From: Aplysia californica
Lineage: Eukaryota
Direction: 5' to 3'
Length of the DNA stretch: 64,000 bases
Assembly (NCBI RefSeq): GCF_000002075.1
Contig: NW_004797501.1
Coordinates: 925,684 to 989,683, forward strand
Part shown: positions 27,086-40,400 of the stretch, in pieces
Position numbering within the stretch: the stretch's first letter is position 1
Layout of the letters: the number at the start of each line of letters is the position of its first letter
Position numbers and translations under genes: made by a program
The notes under the pieces: model-generated
What the model saw: only the letters and a program-made list of their open reading frames with translations
The model's database searches: none
Told to the model about the DNA's origin: nothing

Positions 27086-28855
27086 CCTGCGGCGGTTCCC
27101 AAGGATGGAGTCGCATTATTGCCGTGCAAGCACTGCAAAGGAGTATCTGCACCCAGACCTGAACCTTAGAAAAAATGTACTCCATGTTTCTAGAGCAGTA
27201 CCATGGGACTGACCCCTCCAAGTTTCAGTACGTACAGTCGAGTGTTCAAAAAAGCAAATCTGGCGTTCCACACCCCCAAAAAAGACCAATGCTCACTGTG
27301 CACAACGTTCTTTGAAGGGGATGAAACAACAAAGGCTGAACTCAAGGACGCATTCGAGAAACATGTCTCTGAAAAGAAAAGAGTAAGTAAAGGAGGAATG
27401 CAAGCAACGGGCATCAAAGGATGAAACAGTTCTGAGTGCTACATTCGATCTGCAGCAAGTAATCTATCTTCCCATCTCGAATGAAAGTGCTTTGTTTTAC
27501 AAGCGGCGCTTCTCCAACTACAACCTGACTTTTTATAACCTTGGACGTACTGACTGCCACTGCTTCCTGTGGAATGAAAGCCAAAGCAAGCGTGGAAGCT
27601 CAGAAATATCCACAGCTGTGTTCGAAGCGCTTCAGCACTATGACAGTTGTGGTAAAAAGATAGCATACCTCTTTTCGGATGGCTGTCCGGGGCAGAACAA
27701 AAACACTATCATTCCAACAATGTTGCTATACTCTGTGAACACACTTCCAAATCTCAGAGAGATCTCCCAGCGGTTCTTTGTGACAAACTACGGCCAAATG
27801 AAGGGGGACTCTGTTCATAGCACTATCTCCTCTGCGATGTCTGCAGCTGGGAACGTCTATGTACCAACAGAGCTGACGCCCATATTCAGACTTGCCAGAC
27901 CAAAGCAGCCTTACACCGTGATGCCGCTTGAGTTCTCTGACTTTTGGAATTTCAAGCAATTGTCACTCGACCTGCGTGTTCTGGGAGTTCAAAGAGATTC
28001 AGAGAGTGACACTATCAACTGGAACAAAATGATGGAGTTCAGAGTTCTGAAGGAGTGCCCAACAACAATATTCTTCAAAACCAGCCATATTGAGTCAGAT
28101 TACAGAACAATCCAATTGAAGAGACACACAAAGCAAACCACAGAGAGTTTCACTCTCTTCAAACTCAACACAGAACCAACCAAAGTTCCAATGGCTAAGT
28201 ACAATGACTTAGTGTCGCTGTGCTCTGGCGTAACGCCTGTGGTAAGACAAGCTGATCACAAGGCTTTCTATTTTTCACTTCCCCATTAAATTTGACTGAG
28301 ATATTCTTGGATATTCATAGTGTTACTTACTGATACATCTACATTATGTGAATTGCTGTCCAACATGGTTGCAGTTCAAATGAGCTAAAACGTCTCCAAA
28401 ATATGTCTTTATTTGTTCAAATTTTCTTCAATAAACAATTGGAAATCGTAGTGAGATCTCATGTTTTTTTATGCCATTGTGATTTGGTTTTCTCATTTTG
28501 CGTATTATGAAACAAAAATTAGAAACACGGTGTTTTTCCTTCATATAATACAAAGAAAATATAATAATACGACACTTGGTGAGACGTCCATTGATGGTGG
28601 GACCGATGAAGGTATATCTCACGAAGTGACGTATCGGATTTTCTGCCGATTTTCTCACAGGAATGATACAATACTGCCGAAAACAGCATGTGGAGTGAAA
28701 GTGTACCGCTCAAAGAAGCTTTGATCCAAACCGCATAGATTCCAGTCTTCCGGTTTTGACGCCAGAGCAAAAAGAAAAGTGCCAAAAACTTTAAAGCTCT
28801 CTCCTGCAAAACTCTAATTTTGCAGATACGACACTTCGTGAGATGACCGACGATA
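27086..28855 (+). mobile_element. Second, partial copy of the same transposon (3' half; ORF 27492-28289)
   Basis: Near-identical to 25211-26985 immediately after a 100-N gap; ends gagatgaccgacgata followed by (TA)n. Confidence 0.8.
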
Positions 28856-30097
28856 TATATATACATATATATATTATATATATATATATATATATTGTGT
28901 CATGGCATGATGGAATCAGACGCTCATCAATTTTTGGGCACATAGAGTTATTGGTACCTTCAAGCAAGTGCCTTTGTCTTGCCTCTGATTAAAAAAAAAA
29001 AACTACTCATTTATCTTCAATACAAGTCAGGATATTTGCAATTGAAGGAGGCGGAAGTCGACTACTATATATTAAAATTAGAGAGAAAGTGGCTGTAAAA
29101 GTTCCCAAAGCTTCAGTGTCCTTGGAAACTGCAACGTTACATTTTTGTGCCTTTGATCTATGTTTTCAAGTAAAATCCACACAGAAATGGGTTTTAATTT
29201 GACATAAAAGGTGCTGAGCCTCCCTGGAAAAATTCAATAAAAATTGCCTTACAGGGGAACAAATGTTGGTGTCTTCGATTTCATTATTCTGACGAGCGCT
29301 TGATTTCACCATGACATCACACACATATATGAGATCATGCAGGTGTACAGCATACTAATACTAATACAGCAGGATCTAGAGGTACCCTGTGACTACAGTA
29401 GTAGGCCTATATTCTTCGAATGTATCACGAAATTCCTCACACACAACTTTTTGCCAGATCGTAATATACCCAATATTTAGGCATGGAACGAAAAGCCTGA
29501 CATAATACTACATTGCCCTGAAATCCAAGAACTCACTTGCACATGAATACATAATTTAAACTAAAATACCCAAAACCACTCACAAAATAACTTAGGTCAC
29601 ACTGATTTCATCACGTGTGTGTTGTCATGATGCTATGCGATATGTCTGTTCTATTTCACAAAAGCAAAAGAAAGTATGATGGGGCCTGGCTACAACAGGA
29701 CAGCTGGGATCAACGTGATATCCCTGTTATAGCCTAATCCTGTTAGAGGTGATGATCAAGTCTAAACACTATCTCTAATAATTAACAGTTATAAATTGCT
29801 CCTTTCTCCAACAAAATCCTTCTCAAGTGACATTTTTTCTCATCTTTACTTTACTTTTTCTTGTACATGTCTTCTAGTTTCATAGAGGGAGGGTGACTAG
29901 ACACCAATTGATATGCATGGGCAATAATAATAATACTGTTGCATAAAAGCACATCATATTCCACAGAGTTTAAAGTCTACAACATGCTATTAGCACTGTA
30001 CAATTATTCAAAATCGAACAATTATACAGTTTGGAAAAGGAACACACAATGGTAGCTTAAGATCTATCACTATCACCCAGTGTCTTCAATCATTTAT

Positions 30098-30278
30098 CTG
30101 TCCCCTTGGTTTAATGCAAAATTTTTTACATGAAATTATGCAAACTGAGCCCAAAATTGTGAAATTATGTGATTCTGTTAATTTTAACAATGAATGACGA
30201 AGGAAAATAATCAGAAATTATGCAAAAAATGATCAAACTTTGCTAAATTATGCGGGGTGCATAAAACCCCGGGGACAG
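30098..30278. mobile_element. Small non-autonomous TIR element with 6-bp TSD (hAT6-like)
   Basis: Ends ctgtcccc...ggggacag flanked by ATTTAT on both sides; internal aaattatgc repeats. Confidence 0.65.
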
Positions 30279-31539
30279 ATTTATTTCCTTTGCAAATCTC
30301 ACTACCTCATGGGGAACAACGTGACGTTGTGGTGCCAGACCAAGGCCACGCAAAGTCATCATTAATTAACTGGATTTGCATCAACACCAAAGTACAACCA
30401 GCTTCCCCCCCCCCCCTGCACACGGTAAGACACTTTAAATATGTACGATCAACTCAGTAGGCATACTGTAGGTCACATAAGCGCAATTCGCCATGTTGAA
30501 TGTTGCTTTTTTTTCATATATTATATATACATTTTTCTGCTTTTTTGTCTGCTTGTTTTAGAGTTTTGATGAAGGTTGGACTCCAGTTATAGCTGAGCTC
30601 CTCTGACTGAATGTATGCTATGAAAGAAGTTTTTTTACTATGCATTAAGGAGGGACTAGACTCAGGGTTATTTTAAGCCTGCTATAGCTGAAATCCTGTT
30701 ATAACTGTAACTGTTATAAGCAGGACCCACTGCACATTGTAAATTTGCTCCAATAGAGGATCAAGAAAGTAGTTGAGCTCAGATACCTTTAACACACCAG
30801 GGGTTGGCAAATAATTAATTTATGTGTTCAACTTATCTGTAATTATATAAGTAATTAGAGTAAACCATGACAACCAAAAATAACAAAAATATAATTTAAA
30901 CAGAAGAAAATCAAAGAAAATAACTAACATGGTACAATGATTGGAAAATACAGTCAAACACGGCTGACTCGAATTTGTCGGGGATTGGAAATAGTGTTCA
31001 AGGTCTACGTAAATCGTCATGTTCCCTGAAAGCCTCAAATACAAAGAAATTAAAGCCTGCCTTTGTGCACGAGCATTGTTATATATACAAAGCTTACTTC
31101 GTTGTGGGGATTGTTGGAACAGTTTCTTAGAGGGATGGGTTGAAACGAAAATAGCCATTCTCTCTACTTGAAAGACGTGAAAGACCAGGCCACCCTCGTC
31201 CCTGACAGCAAATTAGGTCCCTATGGCATCATGCGGTTCGGTCCCCTTCGACCCTGCATAACTCGAACAAAGCATTGACCACTCCGTGCTCTTCATCGGT
31301 TTCTATTCGTCAATGGCTTGCTACCAGCTTCCTCAATAAAGGCAAATTCATACCGCTTAATGTTCTGCATCAGCCATGCTGCATATTGATGTGTAGTTGC
31401 TTCAGTCCTATTCGGCGGGAGCATCCTCTGGATATTTTTAAATGGTGATCAATTCACCTTAAAATTAAACTACTTATGGTTGTCATCAACTCAGTTTGAG
31501 CACATTAAAACGCTTGTCATGTTGAATAATCTTTGTGGG

Positions 31540-31745
31540 GGATATTTGCTTTTGCTATGTGGCATTTGAACTTGCTATTGTGTTACATTTGGATTTGCTA
31601 TTTGTACATTTGAATTTGTTGCGCACAATTGTGCACTAAAATTTCCTATTGTACATTTGAACTTTCTATGTGGCGTGAAATTTTCTATGCGGCATTTGAA
31701 CTTGCTATGTGGCATTTGTATTTCTTATGTGTACATTTGATCTGA
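31540..31745. repeat. Degenerate ~20-22 bp minisatellite
   Basis: Repeated (t)tgctatgtggcatttgaac / ctattgtacatttgaa units. Confidence 0.6.
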
Positions 31746-31752
31746 AAAAACT

Positions 31753-32217
31753 ATATAACAGGGATGGTGGGACCAGAGAAATAGTCCAGTTATATCAGAT
31801 CCCTGTTAAATCAGAAATGCAAGGGAAGTAAGCATTTGTGGACTAATCCAGCTGTATTTATTCACGGGTAGTTTCCCATGGCCTGCGCATGACAAATTAC
31901 GCATACGTGTGGCTAGGCTTAGGGCTAGATTGAAGTCTGCAGCACACCACAGCTCTCTTTTGCTAAACTCGCTGCGTGTGCTTGCAGTGGCGTGGCTTGC
32001 GTGGTCTTGCTCCATCACTGCGTTACTCTGTCTCTTACTTTTTACACATTGTTAACGAGCCTTTGTCCCTACTATAACTGATTGGGCTCCGATGAGGCCC
32101 TGTTATCGTTGATAACTTTTAATAAAGACAAAGAGTAGGAAAAAACGGGAATTTAAAAAATCCCTGTTAATACCGGACCCCTGTTATTACCGGGCCTGTT
32201 ATATATGGTTTCCACTG
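31753..32217. mobile_element. Tigger-like MITE (truncated copy of the 53035/54476 family)
   Basis: Colinear with 54476-55076; ends cctgttatatatggtttccactg. Confidence 0.75.
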
Positions 32218-32469
32218 CACTTTTGATTGAGAAAGTCCAATACATTACTTGCTAGGTGCTTGTAATTATCTCCACAAAAACATCATGTTTGCTATAACGA
32301 ACACTGATTCAACTAAATTTAAGGTCAGGCCCGATGACTTTGTTAAATCCGAGTTCCACTGTTATATTGCAAAAAGCAACCAAACAAATGAACACACAAT
32401 ACCAATACAATTCTGAAGTAGGCCTTCCAGCAAATAACAGGCAATAAAAAAAGAACAGACATTTAACTA

Positions 32470-33442
32470 CGAGGGCTGTCCCACGGAAAACCGGAATTTG
32501 GCTGTAATTTGAAAACTATTCAATATTTTCACATTCTGTTAACGCACACTTGTAAACCAATCATTTAGAAATTTCCCGATTGAGCACCATGAGCATCGCA
32601 CAAACCAAACGAGCACAGCAGTTCTCAAAAGAAGGCTACCCCCTTGGAAAATTGGTCAAGGGTAGAAGTGAGGTCTGTCATTCGGTTTCTGACCGCAAAA
32701 GGTCTCAAACCTCTAGAAATACACACTGAAATAAAGTCAGTTTATGGGGAGAAAGTAATGGCAAAGTCACAGGTATATGAGTGATGTAGTAAGTTCAAAG
32801 CCAAGCACTCCGATATCAATAACAAAGTTTACAGGATCTTGTTTTTCTGCCAAGACTGAGGACAACAAGAGTTGCGTTAACGAACTTATTCAAACAGACA
32901 GGCGCCTAAAAATTCGCAAAATTTGCGAGTCGCTAAACATTTCAAAGTCGACAGTCTATAGGATAGAGTTTGATGACCTGCACTATTGAAAGGTCTCTGC
33001 TTGATGGGTTGGGACCGAAAAAGACCAGCGGGGTCATTTTGCAGCATGGCAACACAACGTCACACACAGCAAACGTCACGAAAGACTGGTTCCAAAGGTT
33101 CGGCTAGGAAGTTCTACTACACCCCCCTCACAGTCCTGACTTGGCCCTGTCAGATTATCACCTTTTTGAACCAATGAAACGCCATATTTCTGGACAGCGA
33201 TTCACCAACGACGAAGACCTCGTGGAAGCCGTGAACGATTGGTTGAAACCCCTTGACGAAAGATTCTTCAGGGAGGGTATCTTCTCCCAGATCCAGCGAT
33301 GGGAAAAATGTGTCCAGCGGGATGGTGATTACATTGAGAAATAAAGCACATGTTGAGGTATGACGAGTTACAGTTTTATTATAATAGGACAAAGATTTTT
33401 GCTTTTACGGACCTTTTCTGGTTTTCCGTGGGACAGCCCTCG
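32470..33442 (+). mobile_element. Defective mariner (Tc1/mariner) transposon
   Basis: Perfect 23-bp TIRs cgagggctgtcccacggaaaacc with TA on both sides; remnants EVRSVIRFL, HPPHSPDLALSDYHLF, WEKCVQRDGDYIEK*; stops and an internal deletion. Confidence 0.93.
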
Positions 33443-33617
33443 TATTACTGTATTACAGCAAGGTAAGTAGGCCCACATGTACATTATGAGTAGGCCTATG
33501 TGCCAAGGGTATGATTTTCTTCATGTACAGTGTATTATTCTATTGCTCGGATACTAGGCCTATTACCAACAGAGTATTCTGACTAAAGAAAATATTTCCA
33601 TTTCAAACGACAAATCT

Positions 33618-35192
33618 CTAAACTTTTTGGAAGAAATCCGTTATGGAAGATTGCTTCCTTCTCTTCAGAGAAACCATCTCAATGTCGGAGGAAATATTGC
33701 CAAGGACATTGACATACTGTTCAGCTTGGGGAAAGTCGTGAGCCTGGATAAACTCTCTCAGCTTTTGTAGAGCCTCCCTCGCCTCTGCTGCAGTTGGGAC
33801 GGATGGAGGAGTGGGACTGTCATCCTGCTCTTGTTCTTCGTTATTTGTAACACTAACAGACGCACAGACTTCCTCTGTGCTGAGCTGTCCTGTTGTCTCG
33901 ACGGCATCGTCCACTGAGAAAAAGTCTTCGAGGGAGACTCCTGGTGGCAGAAATTTCTTTGCCATCGCTTCGAACAGGTTGTCCGTGCCATTAGAAGCAG
34001 TTGCAGGTGAAGTTGATGTTTCCTCAAAGTCTGTTGTTGGTGTAGCATCGTCGGGTGGTTGCTCACTTCCAACCACAAATCCCGCGTGCCTGAAGGAGTT
34101 TTTCACTGTGGCACAGGAGACGAGATTCCAAGCAGCCTTCAGTTCATACATGGCATCGAGAAGCGACATTTCAAAGGTATCAGCGCTCTTACCATCCTCC
34201 GCGTAAGCAATGAGTTTGCGGAAGACAATTGTTCGATAGTGCTTTTTCAGGGAAGCGATGATGCCCTGGCTGCATGGCTGAAGTACAGAGGTTGTGTTGG
34301 GTGGAAGTCGCACCAGTGTCACGGCCTGTAGGTTATTGATATTGGGGTGGGCAGGGCAGTTATCGATGACAAGTGCGATCTTCCTTCCTTCAAGCTTGAA
34401 ACGGGCATCCAGCGATCTCACCCAGTCCACAAACAAGGCCGCCGTCATCCACGATTTTTTGTTGGCCTTATACTGCAGGGGCAGGTACTTGCAATATTTG
34501 AAGCAGTGAGGTCGATTGAACTTCCCTATGATAAGCAATGGCAGTTTGTCACTGCCGTCCATGTTGGCAGCAACCAGCACTGTGAGTCGGTTTCTGGGCG
34601 CTTTTCCACCATTGCATTTCTCTCCCTTGAGTGCGAGGGCCTTGGAAGGGAGACACCGATAAAACAGGCCTGTTTCATCGGCGTTGTATATGTCTCTGGG
34701 CTCAAAGTCTCTAAGAAATGTCAGCAAACCCTTTGTTCGCGATTCCGTTGGCATTAATGACTCAGTCTTGACAGCAGCCGACTCTCCACAGACGGACTTG
34801 TACAGGATGCCATAGCGTTTCTTGAAACGATCAAGCCAGCCAGTGTTGCTTTTGAAATCAAGGCCCATCTCAGCCCCAATCTCTTCTGCCTTCGACATCA
34901 AGATCGGCCCTGATATGGGGATAGCCATGGCTCGGGCTTGCTTAAACCAAACGAACAGAGATTTCTCAATGGCATCGGACTTTACTGTGCGTTGCTTTTT
35001 TCTGCTTGGTTGGCATGCCTCGCTCTGACTGTTGATTTTGTCCCGATTTTTTATGAAGGTGGACAGGGTTGACTTTGGGATATCGAACTGCTTGCAAATG
35101 TCTGTTTTGCTCATTGTTTTTTGATCCACGAGAGCCAGGATTTCACGTTTCTTCTCAAACGTGAGACAGTTGAGTTTCCTCTTCTCTGCCAT
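33618..35192 (-). CDS. Tigger/pogo-family transposase (TIGD4/6-like), 524 aa, uninterrupted ORF
   Basis: MAEKRKLNCLTFEKK (CENP-B N HTH), PISGPILMSKA..GWLDRFKKR (HTH Tc5), IYNADETGLF, LVIDNCPAH, LPPNTTSVLQPCSQGII, C-terminal KQSSITDFF. Element end ...gtggactttactg-TA at 35715. Confidence 0.92.
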   Translation of the reverse strand: MAEKRKLNCLTFEKKREILALVDQKTMSKTDICKQFDIPKSTLSTFIKNRDKINSQSEACQPSRKKQRTVKSDAIEKSLFVWFKQARAMAIPISGPILMSKAEEIGAEMGLDFKSNTGWLDRFKKRYGILYKSVCGESAAVKTESLMPTESRTKGLLTFLRDFEPRDIYNADETGLFYRCLPSKALALKGEKCNGGKAPRNRLTVLVAANMDGSDKLPLLIIGKFNRPHCFKYCKYLPLQYKANKKSWMTAALFVDWVRSLDARFKLEGRKIALVIDNCPAHPNINNLQAVTLVRLPPNTTSVLQPCSQGIIASLKKHYRTIVFRKLIAYAEDGKSADTFEMSLLDAMYELKAAWNLVSCATVKNSFRHAGFVVGSEQPPDDATPTTDFEETSTSPATASNGTDNLFEAMAKKFLPPGVSLEDFFSVDDAVETTGQLSTEEVCASVSVTNNEEQEQDDSPTPPSVPTAAEAREALQKLREFIQAHDFPQAEQYVNVLGNISSDIEMVSLKRRKQSSITDFFQKV

Positions 35193-36371
35193 CACTCTTA
35201 GGTCTAAGTGTCTAAGTTGTAACAATGAGACGGTGATGATGAACGTGTTGACGGTGTGAAAGCAAAAAGATGAATGAATGTGGAAAGCTAAAAATCTCAC
35301 ATATGCACAGGCGACTTCTACGTCTTTCCTTTCCTCTCATTTCATTGGCTTTCAGAAAGTTACGCTTCTTGCCATCCGTATCGCGCGCGTCCCATAGCAT
35401 GTCTGCACACCTGGCGAGCCAGTTGTGTGGTGCGGTCAGTATCATTCCCCAACCCCCCTTCCTCCAGCCCCTTGTGGTGAGACAAGGACCACGTTTTGAA
35501 TGTAACAATAACAAAAAAACACCTACCCGCAGCCAGAAAGGCTGTAAAGCCGGTCTTTAGTAGAGAATGCGGAGTGGATTTGTTCGAAATTCGAGTGTTG
35601 CGTGTTGGAGTGTGTTTGGGAACTCTGTGAAGTCAATACAAAGAAAACAACTAAAACGGGACCGAGGATTATGTTTGAGAAACCCATGAATTCATGATTT
35701 TCGTGGACTTTACTGTAAATTACTGATTATCTCCCCTCTACCATTCCCAGATTGAACTTGGATCGCGCATGCACTATTTGGTTTGAGAGGGGGGGGGGCT
35801 TTTTATAAATATTTATTTGGTTTCACCATTTAACACTAACAGCACTGAAGAGAAAAAGCAAAAATACGAACAATGAACATGACATGTTAGTTTTAGTAAG
35901 AGTTTTACGGCACTTGCAACACAATAAGGTAATATAAGCTGAAGATTAGATGTGTTACAAGGGAGTAACAAACACAAAAAAGGAGGAGAGATCAGGACGA
36001 TAGATGTAATGATAGGAAAGAAGGAGCAAACCACACCAGAGCACTCACCAATCACCAATGACAATGATCTAATGAGTTGTCACAAATGCAAATTACTAGA
36101 CATAGTTGAAGTTATGTAATTTTTTTTAAAAGTGGAAAAATCCTAGCAAATAAAAGTAAATGAAATGAGTAAGCAATAGGTACAGTTGGATATTTCATCA
36201 ATGGTAGCATTATCCTCACACTTGTCATTTACATAGAACACCAAATAAAAGAACAGAAAACGAATTAAAGCAAAAGGAAAACATATGACATGCACAGGTA
36301 AGCAAGAACTGCCAGAATTCTTCTGAACTTTTTGTATATCTACCAGCAAATAATTTAATTTACTGCAAGAA

Positions 36372-36660
36372 AGTCAAGGTGGCTTTCACAGAGTGAGGAG
36401 TACAGTGGATATGGTTTTTGCTGCCTGACAAAAACAAAAGAAAGGCAGTGAACGAAACATCTAAACGGCATTTGTTGACTTCACACCATCAGTCATGAAG
36501 GCCTCTGAGAAATTATGATAAAATCCAAATGCCCACCTAAATTCATCAACTTTCTGAGACAAGTCCATGACGGCATGCAGGCTAGGGCCAAAAGCTAAAT
36601 TTATGGTAAACTACAGGAGCCTTTCCCTGTCATGAATGGTGTGAAGCAAGGCTGTGTTCG
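36372..36660 (+). mobile_element. RTE (BovB-like) LINE reverse transcriptase remnant
   Basis: Degenerate QxGF..RSTVDMVFAA, AFVD, CPPKFI, HDGMQAR, EPFPVMNGVKQGCV. Confidence 0.75.
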
Positions 36661-37316
36661 AATTATCTGTGCTCAACTGTAAGATATATATATTATTCAT
36701 TCTGTATAGAATCCTACTCACTTTCACTTTTCATGCTCCATGTTGTCTTTATAATTTGACTCATTACTGTTGAACTCCCTTTCAAACCATCAGCACCCAG
36801 CACTGTCATTTTTGCTTCTTCATTGATGGCAACAAAAGTTTCATGGAAATGTTCATGCACAGTTAAATGGAGATGGTACACTTCCAAAGTATCACAGTCG
36901 AAACTGAAAGGCAAAACCCAGGCAACCTCTGAAAAGCTATTGTGCAACTCTCAACCTGATTCCATTCCAACCACAATATGAAAACTGTATTTTACAAACA
37001 GACACAGAAATCCTTGACTGAACCAGGTCGTTAGAAAGTCATCTTTTGGAGACACTGATCATAAATCCAATAAGACTTTCTTTAATGTACTAAGCCATGG
37101 AGCAATGGGACCATGTGTATCTCAGTAGCAATGTCCCAGTTAAAAGGCAGAAATTAAAGAGAGTAAAGGAAATCATGCTTTCAAAGTGAAAATGTCACAA
37201 TTCACGTTCAATAGCCTAAGGCACAATGGAGGGCCACAGCAAACTCCGAACATCAATGATGTTAATATTCTGGCAAAGGCATCTATTATGTGCCCAAATA
37301 AATATTTGTCCTCTCC

Positions 37317-37445
37317 CTATACCACTTGTTCGCTTGCAGCTGAAGACTTCAAATTACTTGTGTTTACTTTCTCACTTTTGGCACTGATTTCTTGCTGGGA
37401 ACTCAATAACCTCTCCTTCTCCATTTCCACTTTCTTGTCAAGCTC
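37317..37445 (-). CDS. UQCC6: BRAWNIN/C12orf73 (sloth2-like) coding exon 2
   Basis: Strong acceptor tttctttttatcatttcag|gag, phase 0; ELDKKVEMEKERLLSSQQEISAKSEKVNTSNLKSSAASEQVV*. Assigned by splice logic; this C-terminus is poorly conserved. Confidence 0.7.
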   Translation of the reverse strand, partial: ELDKKVEMEKERLLSSQQEISAKSEKVNTSNLKSSAASEQVV

Positions 37446-37487
37446 CTGAAATGATAAAAAGAAAGAAATAAACTTGTAAATGTACTA

Positions 37488-39411
37488 CAGTAGTCTCTGC
37501 CTATACCGCGCCATACAAAAGCACGCTCCGCACAAATGCAAGCTTTCATCATATGGCTGGGGTTTTTTGCTATATATAATTTAGACGTACATGTACTAAC
37601 GCAGGGTCCCTCCTTCTAAATGCAAGCTTCAATCCGCGAAACAAGCCAACTGGTAAAGCTTGACAAGAGGAAAGTTTTGCTACAACCTGCACAGCTTGCA
37701 TAAGACATGTCTAGACAACCGGATATTTGGTGAGACTTCCCCTCCAGCAGAACAAAGAGAGTGGACAGCGTTTTCATATCCAATTTCCAAGGACACATAA
37801 GTCTAGGATTGGTCGGGTGATATGTTAGGGATGGGGGGGACTGAAATGTCTTTTAATTGATCATTCGAAATGCGTCTGTGAGAGAAAGTTTCTAACTGGA
37901 GTTCGGTGACTGCATGAATAATGTTTATTTAGACCTATGATGCACAACATGTGTAAATACGGTAGAACTGAGAGCGCAAGATAGGCCTAGTCAAGTAATC
38001 GGCTGCGCTCAAAGAACTTATATGTACTGTTTCAACAAATCACAAGAGAAAAGTCTCTTGGAATGTCTGATTCTGATGTCATTCTTGCATTTACCGAGTT
38101 GCAATAAGATGACAGGCAGTCGAGAGTCGTTTTTCCCCGACTATAAGTTTCCTTTTAAATAATCCCGACATTTTTATACTGCATTCAGTAAGTGAATCTG
38201 TCTTTCTGCTCCCCCCCCCCCTCCACTCATTCAATGCCTATGTATTCACAATTCATAACCACAGTCGAGGAATCTTTCACAAAACAGTCACGTGTCGTCA
38301 CATTACAGTAGTCTCCGTCTAAGATCCCACCACTTATGGTCCCGGTTCCTCTTAGATCCCAACATTTTGGAAAAACAGAATTTTTACTATATAAAAGTCA
38401 CCCCTAAGATCCCGCTCTGATCCGCACTGAAGGAGCTACATTCGACTAAGATCCCGCTTTTCAGGTCATATTTTAGTTGTTTTTCTTCTTTTTTTTAAAG
38501 AAAAAAAAGAGAATCCTTGTCGCGCTCAGCTGATAAATCAAGTAGTAAAAATGTGCAATCATTGTACGGTCCGTTGCATCTCGAACAATCCACTCTCAGG
38601 ATTGCGATCACACCTCTGTTGTAAATGTCGATCAGCGGTTACAATGTTTGCTCCAGACGGGACCGCACCAAGGTGTGAACTCGTCGACATGTTGCTTTCC
38701 CAATCACCAGAGCCATCCACCTGATCTTATATCACACACTAGGTGGGGAAGGCCTACAAGTAAGCATCAGACTGCATTCCATCAAAGTGTGAATTCTCGT
38801 GGACGCTTACTCTTCCCCTAACATCAGTTTTCCGCTCGAACTTCCTAGACAGACAGGAGCCCATACTCGTGGACTGTCCCATTGCCTTAGCGTTATGCCG
38901 GTGTGGTCACAACACAACGATTTCTGATGCACCATGACATGGGCAGTGAACTCCGTCAGAGACGGAAAGCAATAAATTTTTGGTGGGGGGCATTGCCTGA
39001 AGCCAACTGGTTAACACTTGGCACAGCCCCCCCACCCCCCATCAAAAAAAAGAGGAAAAACTGACTTCTGAAAAGAACTTTTAGTGTCCAGGAGTCACGT
39101 CAGTTCATTTTAAAGTAAGGGAAGATCATTGTACAGATTTTGGGCCTGACCATGAGTCACTGTGGATTCTTCCCCCCGGCTATTCAGCTAAGATCCCGGT
39201 TCGCCTAAGATCCTTGCTCCCGAGCACTGGGGTCTTAGGCAGAGACTACTGTATTGGCCAAAATAACCCCCACCACCCAAGGGAGGCCACTAAAATATCA
39301 AGGAAATGAGATGATTGTGTCCCTTCACCCCCTTTGCTTAGGCTCATGAAAACACACACTCCATACGCCAGTGAGTCCTCCTGAGCTCCATGTGTTAAAC
39401 AGAGACTACTG
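37488..39411. mobile_element. Tigger-like MITE containing a nested MITE at 38306-39251
   Basis: Outer ends cagtagtctctg...cagagactactg with TA flanks; inner ends cagtagtctccgtctaagatccc...gggtcttaggcagagactactg with TA flanks. Confidence 0.7.
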
Positions 39412-39828
39412 TACTATGAAACAGGTTGTGCAGAAGGCGAACAACAACAAAAAAAGGGGGGGGGGGGGGGGGCGCACATTTCAATGCATTATGAATGAAA
39501 AGTTGAGAGTGTTTTCGTGGTTTCTTTTGAAGTTCTAATAAAGTTTGCAGCTCTTATTTTTTAAAAACCAACTTTTTTTTTTAAAATTGGGGGGGGGGGG
39601 GGGGAAAAAGGGGGAGGGGGGGAAGAGGGGTGTGAGAGATGAATAAGAACAGAAATATTTGTAACCACATACATGTATAGATAAACAAAACTGGCAGCAA
39701 ACCGAAAAAAGATAACAGCAAAACAACAAACAACAGACTGGAGAATAGAACACAGGGGACAAGATTAGGCTGGTGGGGCCCGAAAACCACAGAACTATGA
39801 AGCAGGCATGGAAATGGAAGAGGAAAGT

Positions 39829-40398
39829 AGTCAAACACGGGTACCTCAAATTCATCGGGGATTGGAAATAGTGTTCCAGATTTTCATAATTCGTGTGAAA
39901 GCAAGAAGATGAATGACTGTGGAAAGCTTAAAATCTCATGTGTGCACAGCCGACTCCTATGTCATTCCTTTCCTCTCATTTCATTGGCTTACAGAAAGTT
40001 ACGCCTCTTGCCATCCGCACTGTGCGCATCCCACAGCATGATTGCACGCGTGGCAAGCCAGTCATGTGGTGCGGTCAGCATCACTCCCCAACCCCCCCTT
40101 CCCCGCCCCCCCTTCCTCCAGCCTCTAGTGGTGAGACAAGGACCACCTTTTGGCTGTAACAATAACAAAGAAACACCAACCCACAGCTAGAAATGCTGTA
40201 AAGCCGGGTTTTTAGTTGAGAATGTGAAGTGGATTTGTTCGAGATTCGAGTGTTGCGTCAAGTTTTCGAGTGTTGTGTGTTCGGGAACTCCGTGAAGTCA
40301 ATATAAAGAAAACATTAGGACGGAAAAGGGACCGCGTCTTATGTTTGAGATACCTGAAAATTTGTGATTTTCGTGCATGAGATTCGTGGACTTTACAG
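39829..40398 (-). mobile_element. Internal-deletion derivative of the Tigger element at 33618-35715
   Basis: 39894-40398 is colinear with 35254-35715; its left end agtcaaacacgg..tcggggattggaaatagtgttc also matches 30951-31000. Confidence 0.8.
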
Positions 40399-40400
40399 TA

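Noticed and set aside
33758-35028. Several + strand and alternate-frame ORFs
   Set aside because: Shadows of the Tigger transposase.
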